Shown here in pieces: positions 51,643-64,000 of a stretch of DNA of 64,000 nucleotides; the first letter of the stretch is position 1, and every line of letters begins with the position of its first letter. The DNA comes from Leptogorgia sarmentosa (Eukaryota): NCBI GenBank assembly GCA_964658305.1, contig OZ210885.1, positions 9,920,001-9,984,000 of the forward strand, given 5' to 3'. A model generated the notes under the pieces. That model made no database searches. It saw nothing but the letters and a program-made list of their open reading frames with translations, and had not been told where the DNA came from. Made by a program: the position numbers and the translations under genes.

Positions 51643-54600
51643 ACAAGAATATAGGAAGACTGTATAATCCACGCATACAAATCGAAGGGATTACCGATCA
51701 AGAATGGCACGCAAAATTGCTTATGCTGAGAAGGTTTCGCGTTATATTTTGCACGATACTATGTATACTGATCCGCAGTGAATGTGCAGAAATTAAAAAC
51801 CATATTTCTGGTATATCAGATGAAGTTTGAGTTGCGCGCTGTAGTTAGGATAAAAATTTAGAGATTGTAATGGGGGTAGTATCGCATAGCTCTTGGCTAC
51901 GTAGACTGTGATTAATCTCCACTTTCATTTTGAGCCTCCAAGATGATATTTTAGAGCAGAGGTCTTAGTGAAATGTGGGCAACTGTGATGTATTTAGTGA
52001 AATAAAGGCAGCAAAAGTCATAACTCTACCTGAATTTCACAAACGACATTTTAAGCCTTAGATAGATGTGTTACCGTCATTTTCTCTTTGTATACAATAT
52101 GGTTATAAAATATGTTTGACTTTCACGTCTGATGGTAGCACGATAGAGAAATCGAAGTGACATTTTGATAGAAACTAAAGGAAAATTCAAGGAATTTTAA
52201 AACTATTTCTAAGGCATTCTCAAGTTCTCGCAGGCTGAATTTTAATCTGCCGGAAATTGAAAGGGATTTCCCCTTTTCTCAAGCCATGTTCTGATTACAC
52301 TCAGAGTTTTAATATTTTAGCCAGTCTGTGCTTTATTGTAGCAGTGAGTTTCATGTATTTCGTTCTCTGTCAACATAATCGCAATCATACTACATTGACG
52401 AGTAATTGAAAGTGGGACAAGGAATAAGAAACGAGGTGAGTTTGATTTAAATGTCTAGTAAACCAAAGAAATTCCCGTAGGATTTCCCGTCACAGAGCTG
52501 CGAAGATGCCGTGTGTTAGGAAAGCAATATACCCGTTGAAAGGAAAATACGTTAGGCATGAACGACACAAATGACGGAACAAATATATTCAACCGTAATA
52601 AGGTTACAAATAGGTATAATATGCTCGAAATAATGAACGAACTGCGAAGGACCAAAGCCGGAAGCTAAATCTTCATGCTGTACGTTTATATTTTGCCATA
52701 CATGATTGTATTGATTGCCATTTCAAGCGAGTTTATATCCCTATCAGAATTTATTTGCTGAAAACTCCACCAAAACCTAAAAGTTTTCGCTCTGTTAACA
52801 CGGAATTTTTCAATACTGATATTACTAATGCTAATAGCAATTGCTCATGAGGGGAATATGGCTTACTAAGCAAGATTTGCTTACAAATATTTATAGCTGC
52901 ATTTCATATGACAAGGTTACAATCATGATTTAATATTAGTGAAATAATATCAGCAATTACGTTGGCTGATAGAAGTCTATCAAAATTCACCTTCTCATTA
53001 AACAGGGTGCTCATAACAATATATACTGTACACTTTTGTGAATTCAGTGGCTAATTTTGTCCCCTTCATTAATGATTTTTCCTACAGCTTCTCTAAGGCA
53101 TTCCAACCCATTCCATACAAATTTCTTGGCAGTGACTAAGCCGAGCTGTGTTCAGACATACATTAATAAATGATATAGAAACTCTAACCCTATCATCATT
53201 GACTTTATACTGTAGTACAGCATGCATCAAGTTGTATATTGCATCAGTAGTTTGTGACCTAGCTGGTGATTCCTAGCATGGCACATAAGTCCAGAGCATT
53301 CCCTGTTACACAGGGCCTTCACTTGCTCTAAAAACACCACCAAAACCTCTAGCTTTTGCTCTGCAAACCCACATTCTTTCAGTACAATTATACTATGCTT
53401 AATATAAATTTGTTAAATAGTGAAGACAATTCTATTATTTGCCCAGCAAACAAGTTTTGTGTTACATATATTTATAGCTGTTTTATACCACAAGAATTCA
53501 ATCATGTTTTGATGTTACAAGGATGTCAATCTCCTGGGCTGATGAAATTACCATTCCCTTCAAGATTTTAGTAGCACGGAAACGATATATGAGCCCCATA
53601 TTACATGCATTTTGCTTCTCTATTAAAAAAATGTATTTTACACTTAACACCCATCAAAAAATAAAAACTACACAACCAGAAATTTGACAAAAAGACATTT
53701 TGGAGCATTTTAATACATTGCAGCAACTGTCCCAGCATGTGTATAATTTTTACTCAATATTAAGACGCATTAACTCCCCTCAAAAATTTTCACATTGAGT
53801 GAAGTTCTATAAAACCATATTGATTTACATACTGATGTTATATTTCACTGCAAATTTCAAGTGACACAATTGAATTTAGCGTGTTTTTACCTCAGATTTA
53901 GATCAGATCTACATATTTCATTTGTGTTTTGAAATCATAAGGCTAATAAGGGATTGGATTAGATTTGACTACATCATTCTGGATTGAGTCAATTTTGATT
54001 TTGATTTCAATCTGGATGGATTGAATTGCTGATTGAAAATAATGCATTGAATGTGAAATCCTAATTTTATTGCAGAAAGAATATGACTGGCCCTGAAACT
54101 GCAAAACAAATCATGCATGTTTTTTGCCCACATGTTTTCATTCCTTAAATTCCATTTTGCATGTACATAAACTGTCAAGCTAGACATGAGTTTCTTTCTG
54201 CCACTTACTGGAAAAATCCCCTGCCTCTCGCACATTTTACTTTAATTTTCATTGTCAGATTTGTTAGCTTATGATAAGTTTTATAAACTGTTTGAATCTA
54301 TGAAACCTGACTGTCAGGAATTGTAACCGTGAGATTCCAGACCAGCATTCTGACCGACCGAGGTATAGAAGTCACCTGTTGAGTAATAACTTTAAGTTCA
54401 TGTAGATTTATCTTGTATTTGTGCAGATGGTTGGTTGTTATTGCTCAGTTGTTATATAATACTGTCCAAACAAAATCAAACTGCCACAGATACTGCCAAA
54501 GAACATTAAGTGTTTTACTTCCCATCCCTGGTCATGATCAGGTCTTAAACATGGTAGCTACAGTATATATAATCCTCACATTGATTACCTCATTTATTAT

Positions 54601-57600
54601 ATATTCCTGTACTTTGCCAATATCTTAGAGTATAGATGGGGGGTGGGGGAGAATTAACAAGGGGAGGGGGCACTGATTTTTTAGTTTGGGTCATATGTTA
54701 CAATAAAGTAGACCACAACATTTAGTTGGTCTATGAAACATCAATGAAATTGTTGATTTCTTGTCAAAATTAACACTGGCTCTGCCCCATTTTCTTATCT
54801 CCTTATAGAAATGTGATTGGTTCAGCTGTTGACATCATCCAACAACAATACATAGTGTGAAAAACTTGATTTTCAACCTGAATCAAGGCTGCTAAATTAG
54901 AACATTTAGTTTCCTGAGATTATAAAATAAATTAAGGTAAGTTAATTGTCTAGTAACAAACTTCAGAATGTGGTCAGTATTACCAGCGGATAACAGAATC
55001 GACAAGCATGAGGTGCTCCTTGATCGAGAATCAGTGTTGATAGTTAAGGAAAAGTGCACATATTATTTTTATGAGGGTGAACATATTAACATCTTTGTGT
55101 CATTGGTTTTCCAATATGGTTTTTATTTTAGTCACCTACATATATAGATTACTTAATGCAATTGTATATAACCCCATGTGTCTCTCATCTCCCACAATAT
55201 TTCCTGACAGTGAGCCCAGTTGTTCAAAATGTCAAACCTTGTGGTATCATTTAATGTGTAGATAGTGGAAAAAAAATTGCTGGTTGTCGATAATCAGTCA
55301 TCGCACTCAGACATTAACCCAATTTCAACATAATGTTAAAATTAGGATTTCATTTTTTGTGGGTAGTTTCTCTCCTTTTGTATCGTTATCTCCTTTTGTA
55401 TCTGTATTTCTAAATCTTCATGATTTTGCTGGATCTTCCCATTCTGTTGCCACAAATTACCCATGATCCGAGATCTTGCCATGCTCTTGCCAAGATTGTA
55501 TTATCATTCAATCATGATCTTGTAAGTTCCTGGCATAACACATGTTAAAGGCCTCGACAAAATTTTCCCAAAATGTTGCAAGATTCATGGAAGATTTATC
55601 TTCATAACGTCTCATAATCTTTCTGGATCATCACATGTTGTTGTTGGCAAAAACAAGCATGGGAAAAGTGGTCTGATGCTTAAAATGTATATACAGATGT
55701 ATACGGATGTATATATGGTAAATGTATTTCTATCGTATGCCTTTTGGTGATGAATAGTGGCAGTGCTTGTATTTACTAATGAATTTTGAAATATTCTTTA
55801 ATTCTGAATGTGTGTACTTGCTGTCCACCACGAAACGAAAGGCAAAAACCATATTTATTTGCGTTTGTAGGGAGTTCAATTCAAATTTGTCATTTGAGTT
55901 CAACGTTAAATTCAACTTTTCTGATGGTAGGATCGTATTAACGTAGAAAGGTATGTAAGAAACAATATTGACAGATTATACAATCCTTTATTTTAAGCGT
56001 TTGAATAAGGCCTTTAATCGAGCAAAACGAGCATCACTATTGATTACACCGATATTCTTCTGTCTCGCGTATCCCGGGAGTCTGCAAGTATTCTACTGTG
56101 CACTTGAGGCCATCCTTATTGTACACTAAATCTTGTTTCACTGCTATACAATATTTAAATAATTGCTACTATCACTGTTGTGCGAAGACTCTTGATTGAC
56201 AAATTTGTACCATATCCAACAAGAAATTTTTTGCCAAAAACACACATCCTAAAAGATCAAAGTATAATGAAACGTTTTTTTTGACTTCATGATATATTTC
56301 TGATTTCTCTAGGAACAATCTTTACTCCGGTCGCCTCTTGTGGAAATCAACCTAAGTTTTTGGTAAGTGTGTTAGTATATAATTTTTCAACGACTTATCT
56401 ATCTATCTAGTACCTCTGCAAAACGGACATTGTTGGTATTTTAGTTTTTGATGTGTTGGCGTAACCTATAGCAAAAATATGTAGTGTTGGTTGACCTCAT
56501 TCATCGTCCGTAATTCATCAACTATTTTAAATCCTCGCTTCGACATCCCCAGACACGGTTGATCCTACGAGATCATGTCGAGATTCCTTCATGATTCAGT
56601 CGTGATTTGTAAGCGGACAAAGCGGACAACTTTAGTGTAAAAAAGAGTAACTTAAGTGTAAAAAAGAGTAAGCGGACAACTTTATTCGAACGCTTGAACT
56701 GCTGTTGTTGGAGAAAACAGCCCCAATTATTGGCCAAAATCCACCTGTGTGCAAGCGTTGCTTAACTCATTCACGAGATCCGAAGCAATTCACAACACTA
56801 TACAAATTTCACAACATTAAATTTCTAATATTTTTCCATTTTCGGACCATTTATATCATTTTTCGCCGCTTCTCTTCAAATTCTTTACCATGCGATGCTT
56901 ACGTGCCTTAGATTTACTATAAGAGTGTAATTATTACGCGAACCACTGAGTATTTTCGTGAAATACACTACAATGGTAACTCCGAATAACGTATAAGCAT
57001 TTTCATTCAACGTTTCGATTTCATTTAGTCATCTTCAGGATTAGGATTAGGATTTGATTTTTATCTAAGTTTGTTGGCCAATGTTTTAGGGAATCCGTTG
57101 TGACGCGAAATTCCTGACTTGCTAAATACATGATTATCGCAGTTCTGCACATGCGCAAATGATGTGCGTCATCCACGCTGGCTCATGAATTTCGCAACTG
57201 CTGAAGCTACAACAACACGTTTTACTTTGATAGAGATTTTTAAGTGATTTTCCTACAAAAATTCTTTACGAATGGCTCCAAATTCAAGTACAGCATCTGT
57301 TGCTGACTGTGCTAGTGTTGAAGTAGCGAAGCCCCAATCGAAAATATATATATTTCTATTTATTTATTATTCATTTCCCGTGAAGTCGCAGATTGTTTAC
57401 TGACTATACTCTATATAAAGTATAATCGATAAAAAACACATATATTCCCGATTGTTTTGTAATATCAGAAATATCAAATTGATTCTAGCTTCGGGGCTAG
57501 ATTATAGAATACCCGTCCACTTTTGAAACTATGACTTGTTATCATGATACGATGATACGAAGTGAGAATAATGACGTAATATATAGAAAATCCGAGCAAG

Positions 57601-58012
57601 CTCAAAGTTCCTGGGCAGGGTATATTTTTTCATGATACGATGATACGAAGTGAGAATAATGACGTAATGTAATATAGCCGAGTATTTAAAGAAGTCTGGG
57701 CAAGGTATATTTTTTCGTGATACGATGATACGAAGTGAGAATATTGACGTAATGTAAGAAGCCTTGCCAACATCTATTTTTTCGTGATATGATGATACCA
57801 ACTTAAATGTGATTTACCCGCGATTATTCAAAAAGCATGCGTTTCCTAATACAATTAAATCAAGTGAAAATAATTATGCATTTACTTATGCATATCGTTT
57901 TTATAGACCAACCGCACACTAAACATGCGAAAACAATACGCTTTCTTCGAAAGCCAAGGTACACTATAAGCGTAAACAAACAGTTATTTGTGCTTACAAT
58001 AATATATATTAG

Positions 58013-58315
58013 AGTTTACTGTTCGGGTTAGTGTTCAATGTTTGGGTCAGTGTTTACTGTTCGGGTTAGTGTTCAATGTTAGGGTCAGTGTTTACTGTTC
58101 GGGTTAGTGTTCAATGTTAGGGTCAGTGTTTACTGTTCGGGTTAGTGTTTAATGTTAGGGTCAGTGTTTACTGTTCGGGCTAGTGTTTAATGTTAGGGTC
58201 AACTTTACTGTTCGGGTTAGTGTTCATTGTTAGGGTCAGGCTTTTACTGTTCGGGTTCGTGTTCATTGTTAGGGTCAGGCTTTTACTGTTAGGGTCAGTG
58301 TTTATTGTTCGGGTT
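58013..58315 (+). repeat. 38-bp tandem repeat (dimer of 19-mers) with TTAGGG-like cores
   Basis: ttactgttcgggttagtgt + tcaatgttagggtcagtgt, about 8 copies. Confidence 0.92.
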
Positions 58316-58371
58316 TCTTGGAAGGGATTAGCTTGCGTCCATGCGTTTTTAACGGAACACATTTATTTATC

Positions 58372-60879
58372 TCGGATTTACTGTATATTACGTCATTAAT
58401 CTCACTTCGTATCATCGTATCATCGTATCACGAAAAAATATACCTTGCTCAGGACCTTTGAGCTTGCTCGGACTTACTATATATTACGTCATTAATCTCA
58501 CTTCGTATCATCGTATCACGAAAAAATATACCTTGCCCAGGACCTTTGAGCTTGCTCGGACTTATTATATATTACGTCACTAATCTCACTTCGTATCATC
58601 GTATCATCGTATCACGAAAAAATATACTTTGCTCAGGAACTTTGAGCTTGCTCGGACTTATTATATATTACGTCACTAATCTCACTTCGTATCATCGTAT
58701 CATCGTATCACGAAAAAATATACCTTGCCCAGGAACTTTGAGCTTGCTTGGACTTATTATATATTACGTCACTAATCTCCCTTCGTATCATCGTATCATC
58801 GTATCACGAAAAAATATACCTTGCTCAGGACCTTTGAGCTTGCTTGGACTTACTATATATTACGTCATTAATCTCACTTCGTATCATCGTATCAGGAAAA
58901 AATATACCTTGCTCAGGACCTTTGAGCTTGCTCGGACTTACTATATATTACCTCACTAATCTCACTTCGTATCATCGTATCATCGTATCACGAAAAAATA
59001 TACCTTGCCCAGGAACTTTGAGCTTGCTTGGACTTATTATATATTACGTCACTAATCTCACTTCGTATCATCGTATCACGAAAAAATATACCTTGCTCAG
59101 GACCTTTGAGCTTGCTCGGACTTACTATATATTACGTCATTAATCTCACTTCGTATCATCGTATCACGAAAAAATATACCTTGCCCAGGACCTTTGAGCT
59201 TGCTCGGACTTATTATATATTACGTCACTAATCTCACTTCGTATCATCGTATCATCGTATCACGAAAAAATATACCTTGCTCAGGAACTTTGAGCTTGCT
59301 CGGACTTATTATATATTACGTCACTAATCTCACTTCGTATCATCGTATCATCGTATCACGAAAAAATATACCTTGCCCAGGAACTTTGAGCTTGCTTGGA
59401 CTTATTATATATTACGTCACTAATCTCCCTTCGTATCATCGTATCATCGTATCACGAAAAAATATACCTTGCTCAGGACCTTTGAGCTTGCTCGGACTTA
59501 CTATATATTACGTCATTAATCTCACTTCGTATCATCGTATCACGAAAAAATATACCTTGCTCAGGACCTTTGAGCTTGCTCGGACTTACTATATATTACC
59601 TCACTAATCTCACTTCGTATCATCGTATCATCGTATCACGAAAAAATATACCTTGCCCAGGAACTTTGAGCTTGCTTGGACTTATTATATATTACGTCAC
59701 TAATCTCACTTCGTATCATCGTATCACGAAAAAATATACCTTGCCCAGGAACTTTGAGCTTGCTCGGACTTATTATATATTACGTCACTAATCTCACTTC
59801 GTATCATCGTATCACGAAAAAATATACCTTGCTCAGGAACTTTGAGCTTGCTCGGACTTATTATATATTACGTCACTAATCTCACTTCGTATCATCGTAT
59901 CACGAAAAAATATACCTTGCCCAGGAACTTTGAGCTTGCTTGGACTTATTATATATTACGTCACTAATCTCACTTCGTATCATCGTATTACGAAAAAATA
60001 TACCTTGCCCAGGAACTTTGAGCTTGCTCGGACTTATTATATATTACGTCACTAATCTCACTTCGTATCATCGTATCACGAAAAAATATACCTTGCTCAG
60101 GAACTTTGAGCTTGCTCGGACTTATTATATATTACGTCACTAATCTCACTTCGTATCATCGTATCACGAAAAAATATACCTTGCCCAGGAACTTTGAGCT
60201 TGCTTGGACTTATTATATATTACGTCACTAATCTCACTTCGTATCATCGTATTACGAAAAAATATACCTTGCCCAGGAACTTTGAGCTTGCTCGGACTTA
60301 TTATATATTACGTCACTAATCTCACTTCGTATCATCGTATCACGAAAAAATATACCTTGCTCAGGAACTTTGAGCTTGCTCGGACTTATTATATATTACG
60401 TCACTAATCTCACTTCGTATCATCGTATCACGAAAAAATATACCTTGCCCAGGAACTTTGAGCTTGCTTGGACTTATTATATATTACGTCACTAATCTCA
60501 CTTCGTATCATCGTATTACGAAAAAATATACCTTGCCCAGGAACTTTGAGCTTGCTCGGACTTATTATATATTACGTCACTAATCTCACTTCGTATCATC
60601 GTATCACGAAAAAATATACCTTGCTCAGGAACTTTGAGCTTGCTCGGACTTATTATATATTACGTCACTAATCTCACTTCGTATCATCGTATCATCGTAT
60701 CACGAAAAAATATACCTTGCTCAGGACCTTTGAGCTTGCTCGGACGTACTATATATTACGTCACTAATCTCACTTCGTATCATCGTATCATCGTATCACG
60801 AAAAAATATACCTTGCTCAGGAACTTTGAGCTTGCTCGGACTTACTATATATTACGTCATTATTCTCACTTCGTATCAT
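58372..60879 (+). repeat. 88/96-bp satellite array, about 27-28 units
   Basis: 88-bp unit tatattacgtcactaatctcacttcgtatcatcgtatcacgaaaaaatataccttgcccaggaactttgagcttgctcggacttatta; the 96-bp variant has one extra tcgtatca. Confidence 0.97.
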
Positions 60880-61988
60880 GATAACAAGTCATAGTTTCAA
60901 ATTTCAAAAGTGGCCGGGTATTCTATAATCGCTCCCGGTGTTCGATACAATACATTATTATAGCATTAAACACGATATAAACCGAGATGTGAGCCAAGAA
61001 AAGTGGTTTTGATTGAGGTTTTCATCGGGTGAGGTATTTCGCAAGCGTCATGTATTTCCCGCCTACGTACGCGAAATACATGAGCCGTCACGCTTGGTCA
61101 GGAATTTCGCAGAGGTCAGGAATTTCGCCAACCTCGTTCCCAGGCTCTTGATCCTCTCGCTCCCCGCTTGAGGAAAGACCCTGGTCGGGGCTGGTCACGT
61201 GGCACCCAGATTTTGGGTGCTAAATTGACAATTTACTTAGGGACGGGTGGTAGGGGAGTGAATTGGTTTGGCTTTATTTAATTGCAACTTGTGTTCTGGA
61301 TTCGGACAAAAGTATTAATATTTGCAACATGAAATTAAAAATAGAAGAAGTAAAAAATTCATATTTGTTATTAAATACTTCCTGTGTAACAATGAATGTT
61401 AAGTTGCATTTAACGAGACAACTTGGATCAGATTTCAGTAGACAACAAAGGCGCTTGGCGAGGACTTTTCACCGTAAGAATTTGAACACATAATGTACAA
61501 ACAAGCTATGATATATTACACATAGAACCAAAAGATACAGAGGAATATGTAATTGTCAGCATCAACCTGTCCATTACTCAAGCCCAACGGATTTATTGTA
61601 CGTGTAAATGTGGAATTGATGAAAATCGGGTAGCGTCCGACTATTTGTAAACATGGCCTACCTCGACCCCCAAAATATCCCATTTTACTTTCATGAAAGA
61701 TATTAACGATCAAGAATTGCTTTGAAGTGTATATATCAAACATTGTATTATCCAAGAATGCAAAGTCAAAGGCTCTCCATGCATATCGTAGAACTTAGCT
61801 ACATTATAATTTTTATAAACTTGAATATACGTTTTGTGCAATTTGAAATATTTCTTTCATTACCTTCAAAAATCGTAAAAAGATATTCCACTTCTTTGAA
61901 TTTGTATATCGTAATAATATACGTAATTTTATTCTTACTTTGTATAAGAATGACTGTGAATATACTTGCATGGTTTTGAAAGAACATG

Positions 61989-63022
61989 CAGGGCCGTAGC
62001 TAAACATTTATAGTTGGGGGGGTGTAGGCCAAAAATTTCCGAATGACAAAAATTTTCCGAATATTTCATGGCATACCGAAGCCACAAATGTGTTTACTAT
62101 CCGGACGAAGCAGTAAATTATATAGATATTAATGAAAGCCGTTTTTTATTAGTCGCCACGTAATGAAAACGCCATTCATGCAGACATGACAAATGTCACA
62201 AATTTATTCTTCGGTTAGTTTTCATAAACCATTTATCAACTAGCATGTCTATGTCCACACTGTCAGTAATATCTTTTTCGCTGGTTAAATGCTACAATTT
62301 ACGTTATTATCCACACAGATTAAAATTACCAGATTTAAAGTTTCTAAGGGTTTTTTGAGAGAATTAAGTCAATTATTGACCAAATACAAACAATAAAAAA
62401 AAAATACGCATATCTTACGCATAGACATATTACAGAGGTAACAAACCGAAAAACCGGATTTACCGATTTTTAAATTGTTATCAGTGGCGTAGCGAAGCCA
62501 TTCCGATAGGGGGGGGTGTAATGCAAAATATTTTACCGACCTAAATAGGTTTGGGCACGACAGGGCCAGATTATTTGGTGGGGAGGGCGAGTCTCACCAG
62601 ACGCCACCATGGTTGGCGTCGAGCGAGAAAATTTTGTGAATTTAGCTAGAGCCTCTAGATCGCCGGAAACGGCCATTTCAGAGTGTTAACCAAAGCCTTA
62701 ACACTCAGAATAGAGTATAGAGGTTTAATCGCACACGAACTAATCGCACACGGACATAGACAACAGACATATACTTTTACATATTTTACTTTTCTGCTCT
62801 CTCTGTGATTTAATGACATAAATTGAAAATTTACCGACTGCTTTGGCTTCAAAACCGACCGCAATTCATTTACCGACCATTATCAAGAAAATTGGGGGGG
62901 TGTCACACCCCCCACACCCCCCCGCTCGCTACGCCCCTGATTGTTATCCTTGTAAATGCCATGATATCGTAAATCAGTTTATACTGACGCCACCCCCCAA
63001 TACCCCCCTCGCTACGGCCCTG
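61989..63022. mobile_element. hAT-type MITE
   Basis: cagggccgtagc / gctacggccctg; TSD agaacatg. Confidence 0.9.
62482..62939. mobile_element. hAT-type MITE nested in 61989-63022
   Basis: cagtggcgtagcg / cgctacgcccctg; TSD attgttat. Confidence 0.9.
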
Positions 63023-63671
63023 AGAACATGTGTACTGTATACATGCGAACACTTACAATATATATACACATTGTGTGGCCATTTGAGTGAAATGTTTATG
63101 TTGGCATGCATGCAACCAGTTGTGCCAAGATGTGAATTTTGCCCAAAGGCGCTATGTGTATGAACACCCGGGGTCGTTATTAGGAATAAGTCCCAATAAA
63201 CAAGGAAATAAACACAAATTTTGTAAGGTTTCTGCATGGGAACAATTCAAAGGCGTGTTACAGAATATTAATACGGAAACGCTTCAATTTGAAACGGCGC
63301 TTGAGGTTTGCGACGAAGCGCACGATGATATCATGGTCATATTGCTCGATTTCTTGTATCGATAAAATTTGTTCTTGTTAGATGGTTTTCTTGTATAATT
63401 CAAAACGTTAATAAGCGGGTTAAAGCAGGTTCCTAATGTAATTATTCGTAACATTTAAGTCCTTACTCACTCCTTACTATTGAAATGTAACGTTGACTGG
63501 AAAAAGTGGAAAAATGTAATTTGAGACTTTCCCCTCACCCCCTAAGGCCAATCAATCACGTGACCAGCCCCGACCAGGGTCTTTCCTCAAGCGGGGAGCG
63601 AGAGGATCAAGAGCCTGGGAACGAGGTTGGAATTTCGCTTGACACCGTTCCAAGACATAAATTTGCGAATT

Positions 63672-64000
63672 TTCTTTATCTACCAACATACCACTTCACA
63701 GCGAAAACACCATACGACCACACTTTACGGCGAAAACATCATAAAACTGATCCTTGATGATTGTACCAAAATTCAATTTTCCGTCAACGGTGATCTTTAT
63801 AAACAATTTCGAACTTCGATGGGTTCGCCTTCAAGTCCAACTTTAGCTAACATCATCATGATGGCATTAGAAGACGAAATAATAAAAGACCTTTTCGAAA
63901 ACGATACTATAAAATTCTATATAAGATATGTTGATGACACACAAGTTTTGGCCAAACCGTCTGATATTAACTTGATTTTAAATAAACTGAACAGCTACCA
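63672..64000 (+). mobile_element. Penelope-like retroelement reverse transcriptase fragment (decayed, runs off the window)
   Basis: SLSTNIPL, then KLILDDCTKIQFSVNGDLYKQFRTSMGSPSSPTLANIIMMALE...FYIRYVDDTQV; spacing between the first two motifs looks shortened. Confidence 0.85.

Larger units (their letters stand above)
57492..60937. mobile_element. TIR-bounded, satellite-bearing foldback-like element
   Basis: Left gattatagaatacccgtccacttttgaaactatgacttgttatcatgatacga is inverted to right tcgtatcatgataacaagtcatagtttcaaa...gtggccgggtattctataatc. About 3 degenerate inverted satellite units in the left arm. Confidence 0.85.
61129..63629. mobile_element. CAACCTCG-terminus DNA transposon, ~73-bp TIR, 9-bp TSD, with nested MITEs
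   Basis: caacctcgttcccaggctcttgatcctctcgc...ggtcacgtg and its reverse complement; TSD gaatttcgc at 61120-61128 and 63630-63638. Confidence 0.92.

Noticed and set aside
53969..54235. 88-aa minus-strand ORF as a second gene
   Set aside because: No recognisable motif or splice-consistent neighbours; may be a decayed transposon ORF.
58013..58315. Interstitial telomere
   Set aside because: TTAGGG occurs only as part of 19-bp subunits inside a transposon, not as a hexamer array.
58372..60894. CRISPR-like array or repeat-protein ORFs
   Set aside because: Units are contiguous with no unique spacers, no cas genes, eukaryotic context; ORFs are translations of the satellite.

Overview
AT-rich, intron-containing eukaryotic DNA. 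The repeat landscape and gene type suggest a cnidarian or other marine invertebrate (inference). The left half holds one large minus-strand gene, rebuilt by hand as 15 GT-AG exons with consistent phases (35801 to 1284, about 1,590 codons, last exon unresolved). It encodes an APAF-1-like STAND protein: N-terminal helical domain with an R-x4-H motif (RNPWAH, HEPN-like, not a CARD), coiled-coil linker, NB-ARC (GMGGLGKT, LVILDDVW, LLITTRN, DLPLAL, LHD), helical domain and many WD40 repeats. One exon is a base short at a GGGGAAACCC run, so this is either a frameshifted allele/pseudogene or an assembly indel. Introns and the gene-free right half are full of non-autonomous DNA transposons, often nested with intact TSDs. 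Also present: a ~416-bp-arm foldback inside an older inverted duplication upstream of the gene, a TIR-bounded element carrying an 88/96-bp satellite with higher-order repeats, a rearranged local duplication, and a Penelope-like RT fragment at the right edge. All homology calls are by eye; no searches were run.
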